Virus record (IMG/VR): IMGVR_UViG_3300034101_003821
Direction: 5' to 3' (one strand)
From: an uncultured virus (IMG/VR IMGVR_UViG_3300034101_003821)
Taxonomy: Duplodnaviria; Heunggongvirae; Uroviricota; Caudoviricetes
Length of the DNA: 64,000 nt
The notes beneath the pieces were generated by a model that saw only the letters and a list, made by a program, of their open reading frames with translations, made no database searches and was not told where the DNA came from. The translations under genes and the position numbers were made by a program. Position 1 is the first letter of the stretch. Each line of letters begins with the position of its first letter. This document shows, in pieces, positions 19,582 through 29,644 of the stretch.

Positions 19582-20511
19582 ATGATAACAACAAACTTGA
19601 CTGGAAATTTTGGAAATCATATGTGGTATTATACCATATGTCGTTTAGTTGCCGAAAAAAATAACTACGAATGGGGAGTCAATCCGAAACCAACACACGA
19701 CTATTACAATGGTATGAATCAATTTTACTTTTTAGATGTTAATTTTGGTAAAGAAGTTTTTGTTGATGGAAAAAACGAAAGAGGTCTAAACAAGTATCAA
19801 GGAATTCCGAATGAGTATTATGACTTTCACAAAGAACATATCTATAATGGTGATAGTTGTTTAATTAATATGTACGATGAAAATGTATGGAATGTTAGTG
19901 ATAATACTATGGTTCATCTTATTAGTCAATCCGAAGATTATCTTTTAGAAAGAAGAAATGATGTAATTAGTTGGTTCAAATTTAAAAATGAATACGAAAA
20001 TTCATACACCGAAAAACTTAAAGAATTAGGTATTGTACTTGATGATAATTTATGTGTGATTAATTTTAGAGGTGGGGAATATAAAAATGTGATGAATTTA
20101 ATACCAAATAAAAAATACTGGACTGATTCAATTAATCAAATGTTGACAATAAACCCAAATATGAAATTCATAATTGTAAGTGATGACCCCAATTATGCAA
20201 AAGGGTTCGTAGGTAATTTTCCTTGTTACCATTTTGATATTGGTTTTGACTTTTATTTGGTAAACAATAGTAAATATTTGATAATCGCTAATTCTAGTTT
20301 TAGTTGGTGGGCGGCTTGGTTAAATACTAAGTCCAAGTTAACTATAGCACCAATTTATTGGGCAAAACATAATGTAAGTAATGGTTACTGGTCTTTAGGT
20401 GATTCGTATTCTAAGTTTTTTTCTTATATGAATAGGGAAGGTGATTTGGTCAATTATGAGGAATGTAAAAATAACGCAATAAACTTTTATAAAGAAAACA
20501 ACTTATTATAA
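19582..20511 (+). CDS. GT11-like glycosyltransferase (divergent)
   Basis: GNFGNHM, NFRGGEY, VSDD, ANSSFSWWAAWL. Confidence 0.75.
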   Translation: MITTNLTGNFGNHMWYYTICRLVAEKNNYEWGVNPKPTHDYYNGMNQFYFLDVNFGKEVFVDGKNERGLNKYQGIPNEYYDFHKEHIYNGDSCLINMYDENVWNVSDNTMVHLISQSEDYLLERRNDVISWFKFKNEYENSYTEKLKELGIVLDDNLCVINFRGGEYKNVMNLIPNKKYWTDSINQMLTINPNMKFIIVSDDPNYAKGFVGNFPCYHFDIGFDFYLVNNSKYLIIANSSFSWWAAWLNTKSKLTIAPIYWAKHNVSNGYWSLGDSYSKFFSYMNREGDLVNYEECKNNAINFYKENNLL

Positions 20512-21407
20512 TGAAATTATACGATTGCTTTCAGTTTTACAATGAATTAGATTTATTAGAAATTAGATTGACACTTTTGTACGATGTTGTTGATTATTTT
20601 GTGATTAGTGAAACAACTAAATCTCATGCTAACAATCCCAAAAAACTATTTTTTGAAGAAAACAAAAGTATGTTTGACAAATTTTCTGACAAAATCATAC
20701 ATATTAAACATAATTTTCCTGAAGACATTTTAAATATGGGAACAAAGATAGGAAATGATAAATATACACTTACGTATAATAAAATTTCCGAAAGATACGA
20801 TATCGAAGAAAATGAAGGAGAATTGAAGAAACACCCAACATTCTGTCGAGATTATCTCCAAAAAGAATTTATTAAGTTTGGTCTTATGGATTGTGAGGAT
20901 GACGACTTAATTATGATTTCAGACTTAGATGAGATACCAAAACCTGAAATTGTTAAAAAAATACGAGAAAATAACTTATACAATCATTGTTTAATGCAAG
21001 ATTGTTTTTATTATTATATAAATCTTTTAGCTCATACTAATTGGTATGGAAACTATATAGTAAAATTTTCTGACACTAAAGAAGTATCATTAACCCATCT
21101 TAAGAACAAAAGAGTCAATTTTGAAAAGATATTCGATGGTGGTTGGCACTTGAGTTTTATGGGTGGAGTGGAAAGGGTAAAAACAAAAATTCAGAACTAC
21201 GCACATCAAGAATTTAATAATGATTTTTACCTCAACAATGTTGCTACAAAAATCAAAAATGGTGTTGATGTTTACAATAGGTTTGGGTATTCTGAACCAT
21301 TTCAGGAGTTCTTTTTTTCTAAAATGAAAGAAACTAGTTTGACACAATATCCTACAGAAATGTTAGATTTAATCAAAGAAAAATATAATTATTTAATAAA
21401 ACAATAA
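20511..21407 (+). CDS. GT17-like (beta-1,4-GlcNAc transferase-like) glycosyltransferase
   Basis: YDCFQFYNELDLLEIRL...VDYFVISE, SDLDEIP, GGWHLSF. Confidence 0.8.
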   Translation: MKLYDCFQFYNELDLLEIRLTLLYDVVDYFVISETTKSHANNPKKLFFEENKSMFDKFSDKIIHIKHNFPEDILNMGTKIGNDKYTLTYNKISERYDIEENEGELKKHPTFCRDYLQKEFIKFGLMDCEDDDLIMISDLDEIPKPEIVKKIRENNLYNHCLMQDCFYYYINLLAHTNWYGNYIVKFSDTKEVSLTHLKNKRVNFEKIFDGGWHLSFMGGVERVKTKIQNYAHQEFNNDFYLNNVATKIKNGVDVYNRFGYSEPFQEFFFSKMKETSLTQYPTEMLDLIKEKYNYLIKQ

Positions 21408-21418
21408 AAAAAAAACTA

Positions 21419-23983
21419 ATGAAAATTATTATAACAGGTGGATTGGGTTACATAGGAACTGAACTTTGTAAATTATACTCAGGTGAAGCAAGATACAAAG
21501 AAATTATTGTTATTGACAACAGATTTATTTCCGAAAGAGTTAAACAACTACGAGATTGGGGTATAAATTACATTAATTGTGATGTTACGGATACTGATAC
21601 AATGAAAAGGTTGTTAGAAAATTGTGATATTGTTTTTCATTTGGCAGGTACAACCGATGTTGCCTACACTAAAACTGAATCTAATGACGAAAAAGATTTA
21701 ACAATTAAAAGAAATGGTGTTGATGCAACAAAAGTTCTACTCAAAAACTTGTCCAATAGTACAAAGTTGGTGTTCCCTTCTACACATGTTGTATATGAGG
21801 GCTTAACTGAAACAAAATTTGAGATTTCTGAAGAATTCCCACCTTGTCCTATGTTATCATATGCCAAAGGTAAATATGAGTCTGAACAAGATATTATTAA
21901 TTCTGATTTAAACTATCTTATTTTAAGATTAGGTACTGTTTATGGTTATTCTACCGATACGATGAGGATAAACATTATGCCAAATCTTTTTTCTAAAATT
22001 ACCTCATCTAATGGGACAATTAAATTGTTTTCTGGTGGAGTTCAATACAAAAGTTTAGTTAACATATTAGATGTTGTGAGAAGTATGAAATTTTTAGCAG
22101 AATCGGAAATGAACAAAGAAATTTTTCATATAACTAACGAAAACTTAACTATAAAGGAGGTCGCCGAAATTTGTAAAAAAATAAACCCTAAAGTTAATAT
22201 TTTAGAAACAAACGATGAAATCCCTAATTTGGGATATACACTTTCCAATAAAAAACTTTTATCAAAGGGATTTAATTTTCTTTACAATATTGAAAACTCA
22301 ATAGATGAAATGGTAACCAACTGGAGTGAAAAGAAACCAGTTCAAGAGTTAGAATATTTCATCGAAGGAAACAAAGAATTTGTTGATAGTAGAGGAAGAA
22401 TTTTAAACTATGAATTGACTGAACCAATTAATTTAATTGGTTATATAGAATCCAAAGCTAATACAATTCGTGCAAATCATTACCATCCAATTCAAGAACA
22501 AAAATGTTTATTAATCTCAGGTAAATATGTAAGTGTAACCAAAGACTTAGCTGATTCAAATTCAGTAATCGAAACTAGAATCGTTAATGCTGGTGACTTA
22601 TCAGTAATTCGACCAAATGTTGCACATACAATGGTTTTTTTAGAGGATTCTGTTTTTTTAAATTTAGTTCGAGGTGAAAGAGAGCATGAAAATTATGGTA
22701 TCACTCATACTATACCTTATATTTTAGTGGATGAAAAGTTAAAAGAAATAATCGTATCTAACTACAAGTATCAATGTAGAGTCTGTAATAATCAAAAACT
22801 AAATGATGTTTTGTCTTTAGGACTTTCTCCTTTGGCAAATAACTTATTAAGTTCAGAATCAGACATTGAAAAACTATATCCTCTTGAAATAAAACATTGT
22901 AACAAGTGTGAAAATGTACAATTATCTATTGTTGCCCCTCCAACAGAAATGTTTAGTAACTACTTGTATACTTCGTCAACAACACAAACCTTCAAAAAAC
23001 ATTTTCAAAATGCAGCAAAACAATATGTCCAAGACTTTAAATTAAATTCAGATTCTATTGTTGTTGATATTGGTTCAAATGATGGTGTCTTCTTAAGTCC
23101 TTTGAAAGAAATGGGTATAAAAGTTATTGGTATTGAACCTGCAACAAACTTGGCTAAACTATGTAACGATAATGGTATATATACAATAAATGATTTTTTT
23201 AATTCAAATGTTGTAAATACAATTTTAGAAAATTTTGGAAAAGTGTCTCTCGTTACAGCATCAAATGTTTTTGCACATAGTGATGAATTGGATGACATTG
23301 TAAATGGTGTCAAAAAAATATTAAAGAGTGATGGTACCTTTATAGTTGAAGTACAATACTTCATTAAAACAATGGAAGACCTAACATTTGACAATATATA
23401 TCATGAACATGTAAACTATTGGACTATTACTTCTCTAATTAAATTCTTTGATAGGTTTGGTTTATTTCTTAACAGGGTAGAGGAAATTAATACACATGGT
23501 GGTTCTATTAGGGTGTATGTAGGTAAAAACAACAACAAAGATTTTTCTGTAGAAAAATTTATAAAGTTGGAACAAGACTTTGGAATCCAAAATAAAACAA
23601 TTTATAAAAATTTTGAGGTCAAGGTTTCTGAAATAAGAACAAATGTCAGAGAAAATTTTAATAAGTTGAGAAACAAATATAATAAAATTGTTGGTTATGG
23701 TTCACCAGCTAAAGCTACCACAAGTTTAAACTATTTTGGAATTGATTCAACTTACTTAGATTATATTGTCGAAGATAACAAACTTAAAGTTAACAAAATT
23801 ATACCTGGAATTCGAGTTCCAATAAAAAGTATCAATGAACTTAAGACAGATAAACCTGATTTAGTGGTTGTTATGGCTTGGAATTTTTTTGATGAAATAT
23901 TAAAAAATAACCAAGATTTAGTGGAAATGGGGGTTAAATTTATTTCCATAATGGATTTACATAAAAAAGAATTGTTTAAATGA
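21419..23983 (+). CDS. Three-module fusion: NAD-dependent epimerase/dehydratase + cupin + SAM-dependent sugar C-methyltransferase
   Basis: TGGLGYIG and YAKGK (SDR); DSRG..RANHYH..VAH (cupin); CRVC..PLAN..CNKC Zn motif, DIGSNDG, YHEH, HGGS, YGSPAKA, MAWN (C-methyltransferase). Confidence 0.82.
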   Translation: MKIIITGGLGYIGTELCKLYSGEARYKEIIVIDNRFISERVKQLRDWGINYINCDVTDTDTMKRLLENCDIVFHLAGTTDVAYTKTESNDEKDLTIKRNGVDATKVLLKNLSNSTKLVFPSTHVVYEGLTETKFEISEEFPPCPMLSYAKGKYESEQDIINSDLNYLILRLGTVYGYSTDTMRINIMPNLFSKITSSNGTIKLFSGGVQYKSLVNILDVVRSMKFLAESEMNKEIFHITNENLTIKEVAEICKKINPKVNILETNDEIPNLGYTLSNKKLLSKGFNFLYNIENSIDEMVTNWSEKKPVQELEYFIEGNKEFVDSRGRILNYELTEPINLIGYIESKANTIRANHYHPIQEQKCLLISGKYVSVTKDLADSNSVIETRIVNAGDLSVIRPNVAHTMVFLEDSVFLNLVRGEREHENYGITHTIPYILVDEKLKEIIVSNYKYQCRVCNNQKLNDVLSLGLSPLANNLLSSESDIEKLYPLEIKHCNKCENVQLSIVAPPTEMFSNYLYTSSTTQTFKKHFQNAAKQYVQDFKLNSDSIVVDIGSNDGVFLSPLKEMGIKVIGIEPATNLAKLCNDNGIYTINDFFNSNVVNTILENFGKVSLVTASNVFAHSDELDDIVNGVKKILKSDGTFIVEVQYFIKTMEDLTFDNIYHEHVNYWTITSLIKFFDRFGLFLNRVEEINTHGGSIRVYVGKNNNKDFSVEKFIKLEQDFGIQNKTIYKNFEVKVSEIRTNVRENFNKLRNKYNKIVGYGSPAKATTSLNYFGIDSTYLDYIVEDNKLKVNKIIPGIRVPIKSINELKTDKPDLVVVMAWNFFDEILKNNQDLVEMGVKFISIMDLHKKELFK

Positions 23984-24918
23984 AGTTACTAGAACCCACT
24001 TTTTTTCATATTAATTGTGATTATTCATTCGGTGACCAATCAGGATATCAAAATGGTTTAGTGTCAATAAAAGATGCAAATTTGTCAAATTTTGAGTTTT
24101 TAAATAAAGTCGATGAGTGTATCAAACAAGGAAAAAAACATATGACTTTATTTATAGACAACATACGATTGTACAAGAGAGATGGTATAAAATACACAGC
24201 TGGTGAATTGAACAATGAACAATTACGCATCTATAAAGATAAAGTTGTTGCAGATTTTTTTTTAAAAAATGATTTGTTGTTCCTTTGTGGACAAATAAAA
24301 AATATGAATTTTATAATTTACACAGGGTTTGAGGACACACCAATAGATGATGAAATTTTTGATAAAATTCCAGAAAATGTGTTAAAAATTTATGCTTCTA
24401 ATGCAATATCCTTTGGTGGAAAAGTAGTACCCATACCTTATGGTATAAAAAGGAAATTAAATCAATTTGACAATAATCATGAAATTCTTAAACAAACAAT
24501 CAATGTTGAAATCACCCCAACGAAATTAGCTTATTTAAATTTTTCAATAACTAACCCAAATAGAAAAAAAATAATTGATTCTTTTCGAAATGAAAGTTGG
24601 GTAACGATAGAAATTAACAAATTAAATTATTCTAATTATTTAATTAATTTAAAAAAACACAAATTTGTATTTTGTCCTGATGGTAACGCAATAGGTTGTG
24701 ATTGTCACAGAGATTGGGAAACAATATATATGAAAAGGGTACCAATAGTTCTTGATACAAGTTATTTAAGAGAAATTTACAAAGATATTCCAGTACTTTT
24801 TGTGAAAGATTTTTCTGAAGTGACTGAAAAACTACTTTTAGATAATTCACATCTATTTGATGAGATGTCCAATTTTGATTTAAACAATTTAAAATATGAA
24901 TTTATTTTCTCCAACTAA
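23980..24918 (+). CDS. Exostosin/GT47-like putative glycosyltransferase
   Basis: KFVFCPDGN..DCHRDWE.IY..RVPIV; clear paralogue of the N-terminal part of the next ORF. Confidence 0.55.
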   Translation: MKLLEPTFFHINCDYSFGDQSGYQNGLVSIKDANLSNFEFLNKVDECIKQGKKHMTLFIDNIRLYKRDGIKYTAGELNNEQLRIYKDKVVADFFLKNDLLFLCGQIKNMNFIIYTGFEDTPIDDEIFDKIPENVLKIYASNAISFGGKVVPIPYGIKRKLNQFDNNHEILKQTINVEITPTKLAYLNFSITNPNRKKIIDSFRNESWVTIEINKLNYSNYLINLKKHKFVFCPDGNAIGCDCHRDWETIYMKRVPIVLDTSYLREIYKDIPVLFVKDFSEVTEKLLLDNSHLFDEMSNFDLNNLKYEFIFSN

Positions 24919-26632
24919 ATTGATGGAAATTTGTGACTATTGTTTTGGTTCACATACAAGTATAGATATATGGGAACTTAAAATAGCTAACGAACATAAT
25001 TTGGAATTTTTACAAAAATGTGAAGATTGGAAAAAAGAGGGTAGAAAGAATATAACTTTATTTATCGATAATTTAAGGTTATATAAAAGACAAAAAAATA
25101 TATCTTCTATTTTTACAAATATGGAAGAATTTCCAAACAACAATTTTGAAGAACACAAATCGAAAAAATTAGAATTATACAATAACTTTTTTAATCAAGA
25201 CTTGTTAAAATTATGTCAAGAACTTGATTATTTAAACTTTATAATTTTTACTGGTTTAGATGATACAAATATAGATGAAGAAATATTTGAAAGAATACCT
25301 AAGAATGTTTTAAAAATTTATGTTTCATCAGCGAATATTCATATAAATGAAATTGTAAGACCATTCCCATTTGGGCTACCAAGAAAAGTATCACAAAATG
25401 ACAACAGATTAAATATAATAGAGGAATATATTAATAAAGTTGAGTCTCCACAAAACTTGTTATACATCAACCATAGTATTGGGTCTAATATTTTTAGAAA
25501 CCAAGTTAATAATTATTTCAAACAATTTGATTGGTGTGACATCCAAACACCAAAATCAATTGGTGATGACGATTATAAAAATTATTTAGAAGAAATTAAA
25601 AAATCCTTTTATGTACTTTCTGTTGATGGTAATGCTAAAAATTGTGATTGTTATAGAGTTTGGGAAACAATTTATATGAAACGCGTACCAGTACTTATTA
25701 AAAATAAAAATTTCGAGGAGCTATTTCAAAATATACCAGTATTATTAGTTGATAGTTATAATACAATTACAAAAGAATTTTTAGAATCAAATATTCACAT
25801 TTTTGAGAAAATTAATAATTTTGATTTAAATAAATTAGATATAAAAAAAATTTACAACAAAATTTTGAGTGAGTTTGAATATTTAGAAATCATTGAGTGG
25901 ATTAAAAACTACGCTACAAATATTAATATGTCTTTAGTTATTGGCATTTCTGGTGGTGTGGATTCTGCTGTTACATCTACATTGTGTGCTCTTACGGGAC
26001 TTAAAACCTACGTAGTTTCGTTACCAATTAATAGAAATGAAGAACAACTTTCATTAGCTCGAAAACATATTTCTTGGTTAAAAGAAAATTATAAAAATGT
26101 TGAAAGTTTGGAAATCGACTTAACATCTGTTTATAAAACTTTTTTAGATGACGTAAATATAAATAATAACTTTACTAAAAGTTTATCTTTAGCTAACACA
26201 AAATCACGATTAAGGATGGTTACTTTATATCACATAGCTAGTAATTTGAATAGTATAGTTGTTGGAACTGGTAATAAAATCGAAGATTTTGGTATTGGTT
26301 TTTTCACAAAATATGGTGATGGTGGTGTTGATATTTCACCAATAGCTGACTTAACCAAAACTGAAGTGATTGAAATTGCAAAAAAACTTGAAATTAATAA
26401 AAATATTATCTATACAAGTCCCACCGATGGTTTGTGGGAAGATAACAGAACTGATGAGGAACAAATTGGTACAACATATTCTAAATTAGAATGGGCAATG
26501 AATTTTCATGGCGATGAAACAAACTTGTCATTTGATGAAAAAAATACTTTAGAAATATTTAGAGATTTGAACAAAAAAAATAAACATAAAATGATACCAA
26601 TACCAATGTATCAAAAAAAAATAATTGATTAA
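24896..26632 (+). CDS. nadE: Exostosin/GT47-like domain fused to an NH3-dependent NAD+ synthetase
   Basis: N-part parallels the previous ORF (LFIDNLRLYKR, DGN..CDCYRVWE.IYMKRVP). C-part has GISGGVDS, N.KSRLRM, GTGNKIED, FFTKYGDGGVDISPIADLTKTEV, PTDGLW. Confidence 0.8.
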   Translation: MNLFSPTKLMEICDYCFGSHTSIDIWELKIANEHNLEFLQKCEDWKKEGRKNITLFIDNLRLYKRQKNISSIFTNMEEFPNNNFEEHKSKKLELYNNFFNQDLLKLCQELDYLNFIIFTGLDDTNIDEEIFERIPKNVLKIYVSSANIHINEIVRPFPFGLPRKVSQNDNRLNIIEEYINKVESPQNLLYINHSIGSNIFRNQVNNYFKQFDWCDIQTPKSIGDDDYKNYLEEIKKSFYVLSVDGNAKNCDCYRVWETIYMKRVPVLIKNKNFEELFQNIPVLLVDSYNTITKEFLESNIHIFEKINNFDLNKLDIKKIYNKILSEFEYLEIIEWIKNYATNINMSLVIGISGGVDSAVTSTLCALTGLKTYVVSLPINRNEEQLSLARKHISWLKENYKNVESLEIDLTSVYKTFLDDVNINNNFTKSLSLANTKSRLRMVTLYHIASNLNSIVVGTGNKIEDFGIGFFTKYGDGGVDISPIADLTKTEVIEIAKKLEINKNIIYTSPTDGLWEDNRTDEEQIGTTYSKLEWAMNFHGDETNLSFDEKNTLEIFRDLNKKNKHKMIPIPMYQKKIID

Positions 26633-27873
26633 TGAATATAGGTTTTTTAGGTTTGGGTAAGTTAGGATTACCTTGTGCTTTAGCTATCGAAAAAAAAGGA
26701 CATAAAATTTATGGTTTTGATATAGATAAAAAAGTTAAAAAAATTCTTGATGAAAAAAAATTACCTTATAGAGAGGAGGGCGCCCAAGAACTTTTGGATA
26801 CTCATAGTATTATATGGTCTGATATCTCTCAAGTAGTAAATAATTCAGATATTATATTTGTACCAATTCAAACCCCACATAATGAAAAATATGAGGGAGT
26901 TACCAGAATTCCTGAAGAAAGAGTGGATTTTGACTATTCTTTTTTGATTGAGGGTATGAAAAACCTTTCCAAGGAAATAGACAATCAACCAAACGAAAAA
27001 ATAGTTGTAATTATTTCAACAGTTTTACCAGGAACGATTAGAAATCAAATAAAACCATTATTATGTGATAAACTTAAATTATGTTACAACCCATTTTTTA
27101 TTGCTATGGGAACAACTATAAATGATTTTATGAACCCTGAATTTGTTTTGTTTGGTGTTGATGATGAAAATGCTTACAATGTAGTAACAAACTTTTATTC
27201 AACATTACATAATAAACCAATTTATAAATGTACTATAGAGGAAGCTGAAATGATAAAAGTAAGTTATAATACGTACATCACTATGAAAATTTGTTTGGCT
27301 AACACAATTATGGAGTTATCACACAAATTAAACAACATAAATTGTGACAATGTAATGAAAGGTCTATTTATGGCCAACCAAAGATTAATAAGTACAAAAT
27401 ACCTTTTAGGTGGTATGGGGGATGGTGGTGGTTGCCATCCAAGAGACAACATAGCTCTTTCTTGGTTAGCACAAAAAGAAAATCTGAGTTTTGACTGGTA
27501 TAGTAATTTGATGGAATGTAGAGAAAAACAAACAGAATGGTTAGCTGATTTACTTATTGAAAAAAGAAATCAACATAATTTACCAATAGTAATATTGGGA
27601 AAAACTTTCAAAAAGGAAACAAACTTGATTGTTGGTAGTACAGCAATTCTTTTGAAGAATATTTTAGATGAAAAAAATATAATCGTTGAAATGTTTGACC
27701 CTTGGATTGATTCAGAAGAACCACCAATCAATAAAAAATCAATATTTTTCATAGGAACGAATCACGATGCTTTTTTGGATTATCAGTTTCCATCAGGTTC
27801 AATAGTTATTGACCCATGGAGATTTATGAAAGAACAAAATGAAGTCGAAATAATAAAAATCGGAATTTCTTAA
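26632..27873 (+). CDS. UDP-glucose/GDP-mannose 6-dehydrogenase family
   Basis: GFLGLGKLG, IQTP, ISTV.PGT, AEMIK...N, GDGGGCHPRD, LGKTFK. Confidence 0.85.
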   Translation: MNIGFLGLGKLGLPCALAIEKKGHKIYGFDIDKKVKKILDEKKLPYREEGAQELLDTHSIIWSDISQVVNNSDIIFVPIQTPHNEKYEGVTRIPEERVDFDYSFLIEGMKNLSKEIDNQPNEKIVVIISTVLPGTIRNQIKPLLCDKLKLCYNPFFIAMGTTINDFMNPEFVLFGVDDENAYNVVTNFYSTLHNKPIYKCTIEEAEMIKVSYNTYITMKICLANTIMELSHKLNNINCDNVMKGLFMANQRLISTKYLLGGMGDGGGCHPRDNIALSWLAQKENLSFDWYSNLMECREKQTEWLADLLIEKRNQHNLPIVILGKTFKKETNLIVGSTAILLKNILDEKNIIVEMFDPWIDSEEPPINKKSIFFIGTNHDAFLDYQFPSGSIVIDPWRFMKEQNEVEIIKIGIS

Positions 27874-27887
27874 AAAATTATAAAAAT

Positions 27888-28400
27888 ATGTGGAGTCAAG
27901 GTAAAATAGAAAAATTTTGGGATGACGAATTTAAAAATTTAAATTATAAACGAGAAATTTTTAACAACCAAAGTGATATCGAAAATTGGCGTAATTTAGG
28001 ATATAAACAAGATGTTGAGTTATTTTCAGGCATGATGTGTCCATTTGGCGAGAACCATCCAATTTGGACAGATAAGTTTGTAAAATATGTAGAAGAAAAT
28101 CTTGGTCTAAAAGACATTGGTGTTTGTTATTATCGTATGGAAACAGGGGTTATATTACCCACACATAGTGACCACTATAATGTGTATAGAAAAAAATTCA
28201 ATTTGGAATTAAATCAAATCCATAGAGTTTTAATCTTTTTGGAGGATTGGAAAAGTGGACACTATTTTGAAGTTGATGGTCAACCTTTTTTTAACTATAA
28301 AGCAGGTACTTTTGTGGCATGGTATGGAAATACAAAACATATGGCGGCAAATATTGGACAAGATATGCGATATACATTACAATTAACAGGTTGGAAATGA
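27888..28400 (+). CDS. 2OG-Fe(II) oxygenase/cupin-like protein
   Basis: LPTHSDH ... KHMAAN.G...RYTLQ (HxD...H...R). Confidence 0.65.
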   Translation: MWSQGKIEKFWDDEFKNLNYKREIFNNQSDIENWRNLGYKQDVELFSGMMCPFGENHPIWTDKFVKYVEENLGLKDIGVCYYRMETGVILPTHSDHYNVYRKKFNLELNQIHRVLIFLEDWKSGHYFEVDGQPFFNYKAGTFVAWYGNTKHMAANIGQDMRYTLQLTGWK

Positions 28401-28924
28401 TAATAGGGCAAGATGTTATAATAGAAGATGGGGTTGTAATAAAACGTCCTCACCTTGTGAAAATGGGTAATCATATTGCAATTGATAAAGGATTCTATTG
28501 TACAACTTCATTGACCTTAGGTAATTATATTCATATATCACCCTATGTCACTTGTATAGGTGGTATAAATAGTGAGTTCATTGTAAAAGGATTTAATAAT
28601 ATTATGGCTGGTGTAAGGATAATTTGTTCATCAGACAGATTTGATGAAAGTGGACTATTTGGTGTACTAATCCCGAAAGAATTGAAAGGTAACCAAATAA
28701 CAAAACCTGTAATTATGGAGGAATTTTCAAACATAGGTACTAACGCAATTGTTTTACCTGGAACAATATTAAGAAAAGGTGTTTTGTTAACTGCCGGTAG
28801 TTTATTGATGGGAGATACTGAAGAATGGGGTGTTTATAAGGGTAATCCAGCTAAATTAGTAAAAAAAATAAATCCTACAAAAATAATAGAAAACGCAAAA
28901 AAAATGGGATATAATAATGAGTGA
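28397..28924 (+). CDS. Hexapeptide-repeat sugar acyltransferase
   Basis: LbH repeats; IGTNAIVLPG...GVYKGNPAK. ATG 28397 coupled to the upstream stop (ATGA) is preferred over 28319. Confidence 0.8.
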   Translation: MIIGQDVIIEDGVVIKRPHLVKMGNHIAIDKGFYCTTSLTLGNYIHISPYVTCIGGINSEFIVKGFNNIMAGVRIICSSDRFDESGLFGVLIPKELKGNQITKPVIMEEFSNIGTNAIVLPGTILRKGVLLTAGSLLMGDTEEWGVYKGNPAKLVKKINPTKIIENAKKMGYNNE

Positions 28925-29642
28925 AAACAAATATAAGTATAATGTTTGGCCTTTGGGGAAGATACCTAAAGAACTACAAAGACCTGAATTGGATTTAATT
29001 AAAAAATTAGGTTATGAATGGAGTGACCCAAGAGAAGTAATCGATATTTTTGAGAAAAAAGTAGCTGACTTTTCTGCTTGTAAATATGCTGTGAGTGTAG
29101 ATTGTTGCTCCAATGGTATTTTCTTAAGTCTCAAGTATCTACAACACATTGGGGAACTCGATGGTAAAAACAAAATAATAATACCTGATAGGACATATAT
29201 TTCAGTCCCTATGCAAATAAAACATTCTGGTTTAGATTTTGAAATTGAAGATGTAGAATGGAAAGGGATTTATCAACTAAAAAATACTAGAATTTGGGAT
29301 GGGGCAGGTAGATTCACTAAAAATATGTTTGTTGGTGGAGATGCACTACAAGTTTTATCTTTTCAAATTAAAAAGATAATTCCGATTGGTAAAGGTGGAA
29401 TGATACTAACAAATGACGAGCAAGCCTACAAATGGTTAAAACTTTCCTCTTATGATGGTAGAGATTTGACCACACCTTACACAAATAGTGAACATATAAA
29501 AATGTTTGGTTATCATATGTATATGACTCCTGAAGATGCAGCAAGGGGAATAATTTTGATGGATGCTAAGGAAGAAATAAATGAGGATTCCCAAAATTTC
29601 ACTATGTACCCAAGTATAAAAGAAATGTTAAAAGAATTTTAA
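28917..29642 (+). CDS. Short DegT/DnrJ/EryC1/StrS-family PLP aminotransferase
   Basis: FEKKVA...AVSVDCCSNG, SFQIKKIIPIGKGGMILTND, GYHMYM; only 241 aa. Confidence 0.7.
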   Translation: MSENKYKYNVWPLGKIPKELQRPELDLIKKLGYEWSDPREVIDIFEKKVADFSACKYAVSVDCCSNGIFLSLKYLQHIGELDGKNKIIIPDRTYISVPMQIKHSGLDFEIEDVEWKGIYQLKNTRIWDGAGRFTKNMFVGGDALQVLSFQIKKIIPIGKGGMILTNDEQAYKWLKLSSYDGRDLTTPYTNSEHIKMFGYHMYMTPEDAARGIILMDAKEEINEDSQNFTMYPSIKEMLKEF

Positions 29643-29644
29643 AA

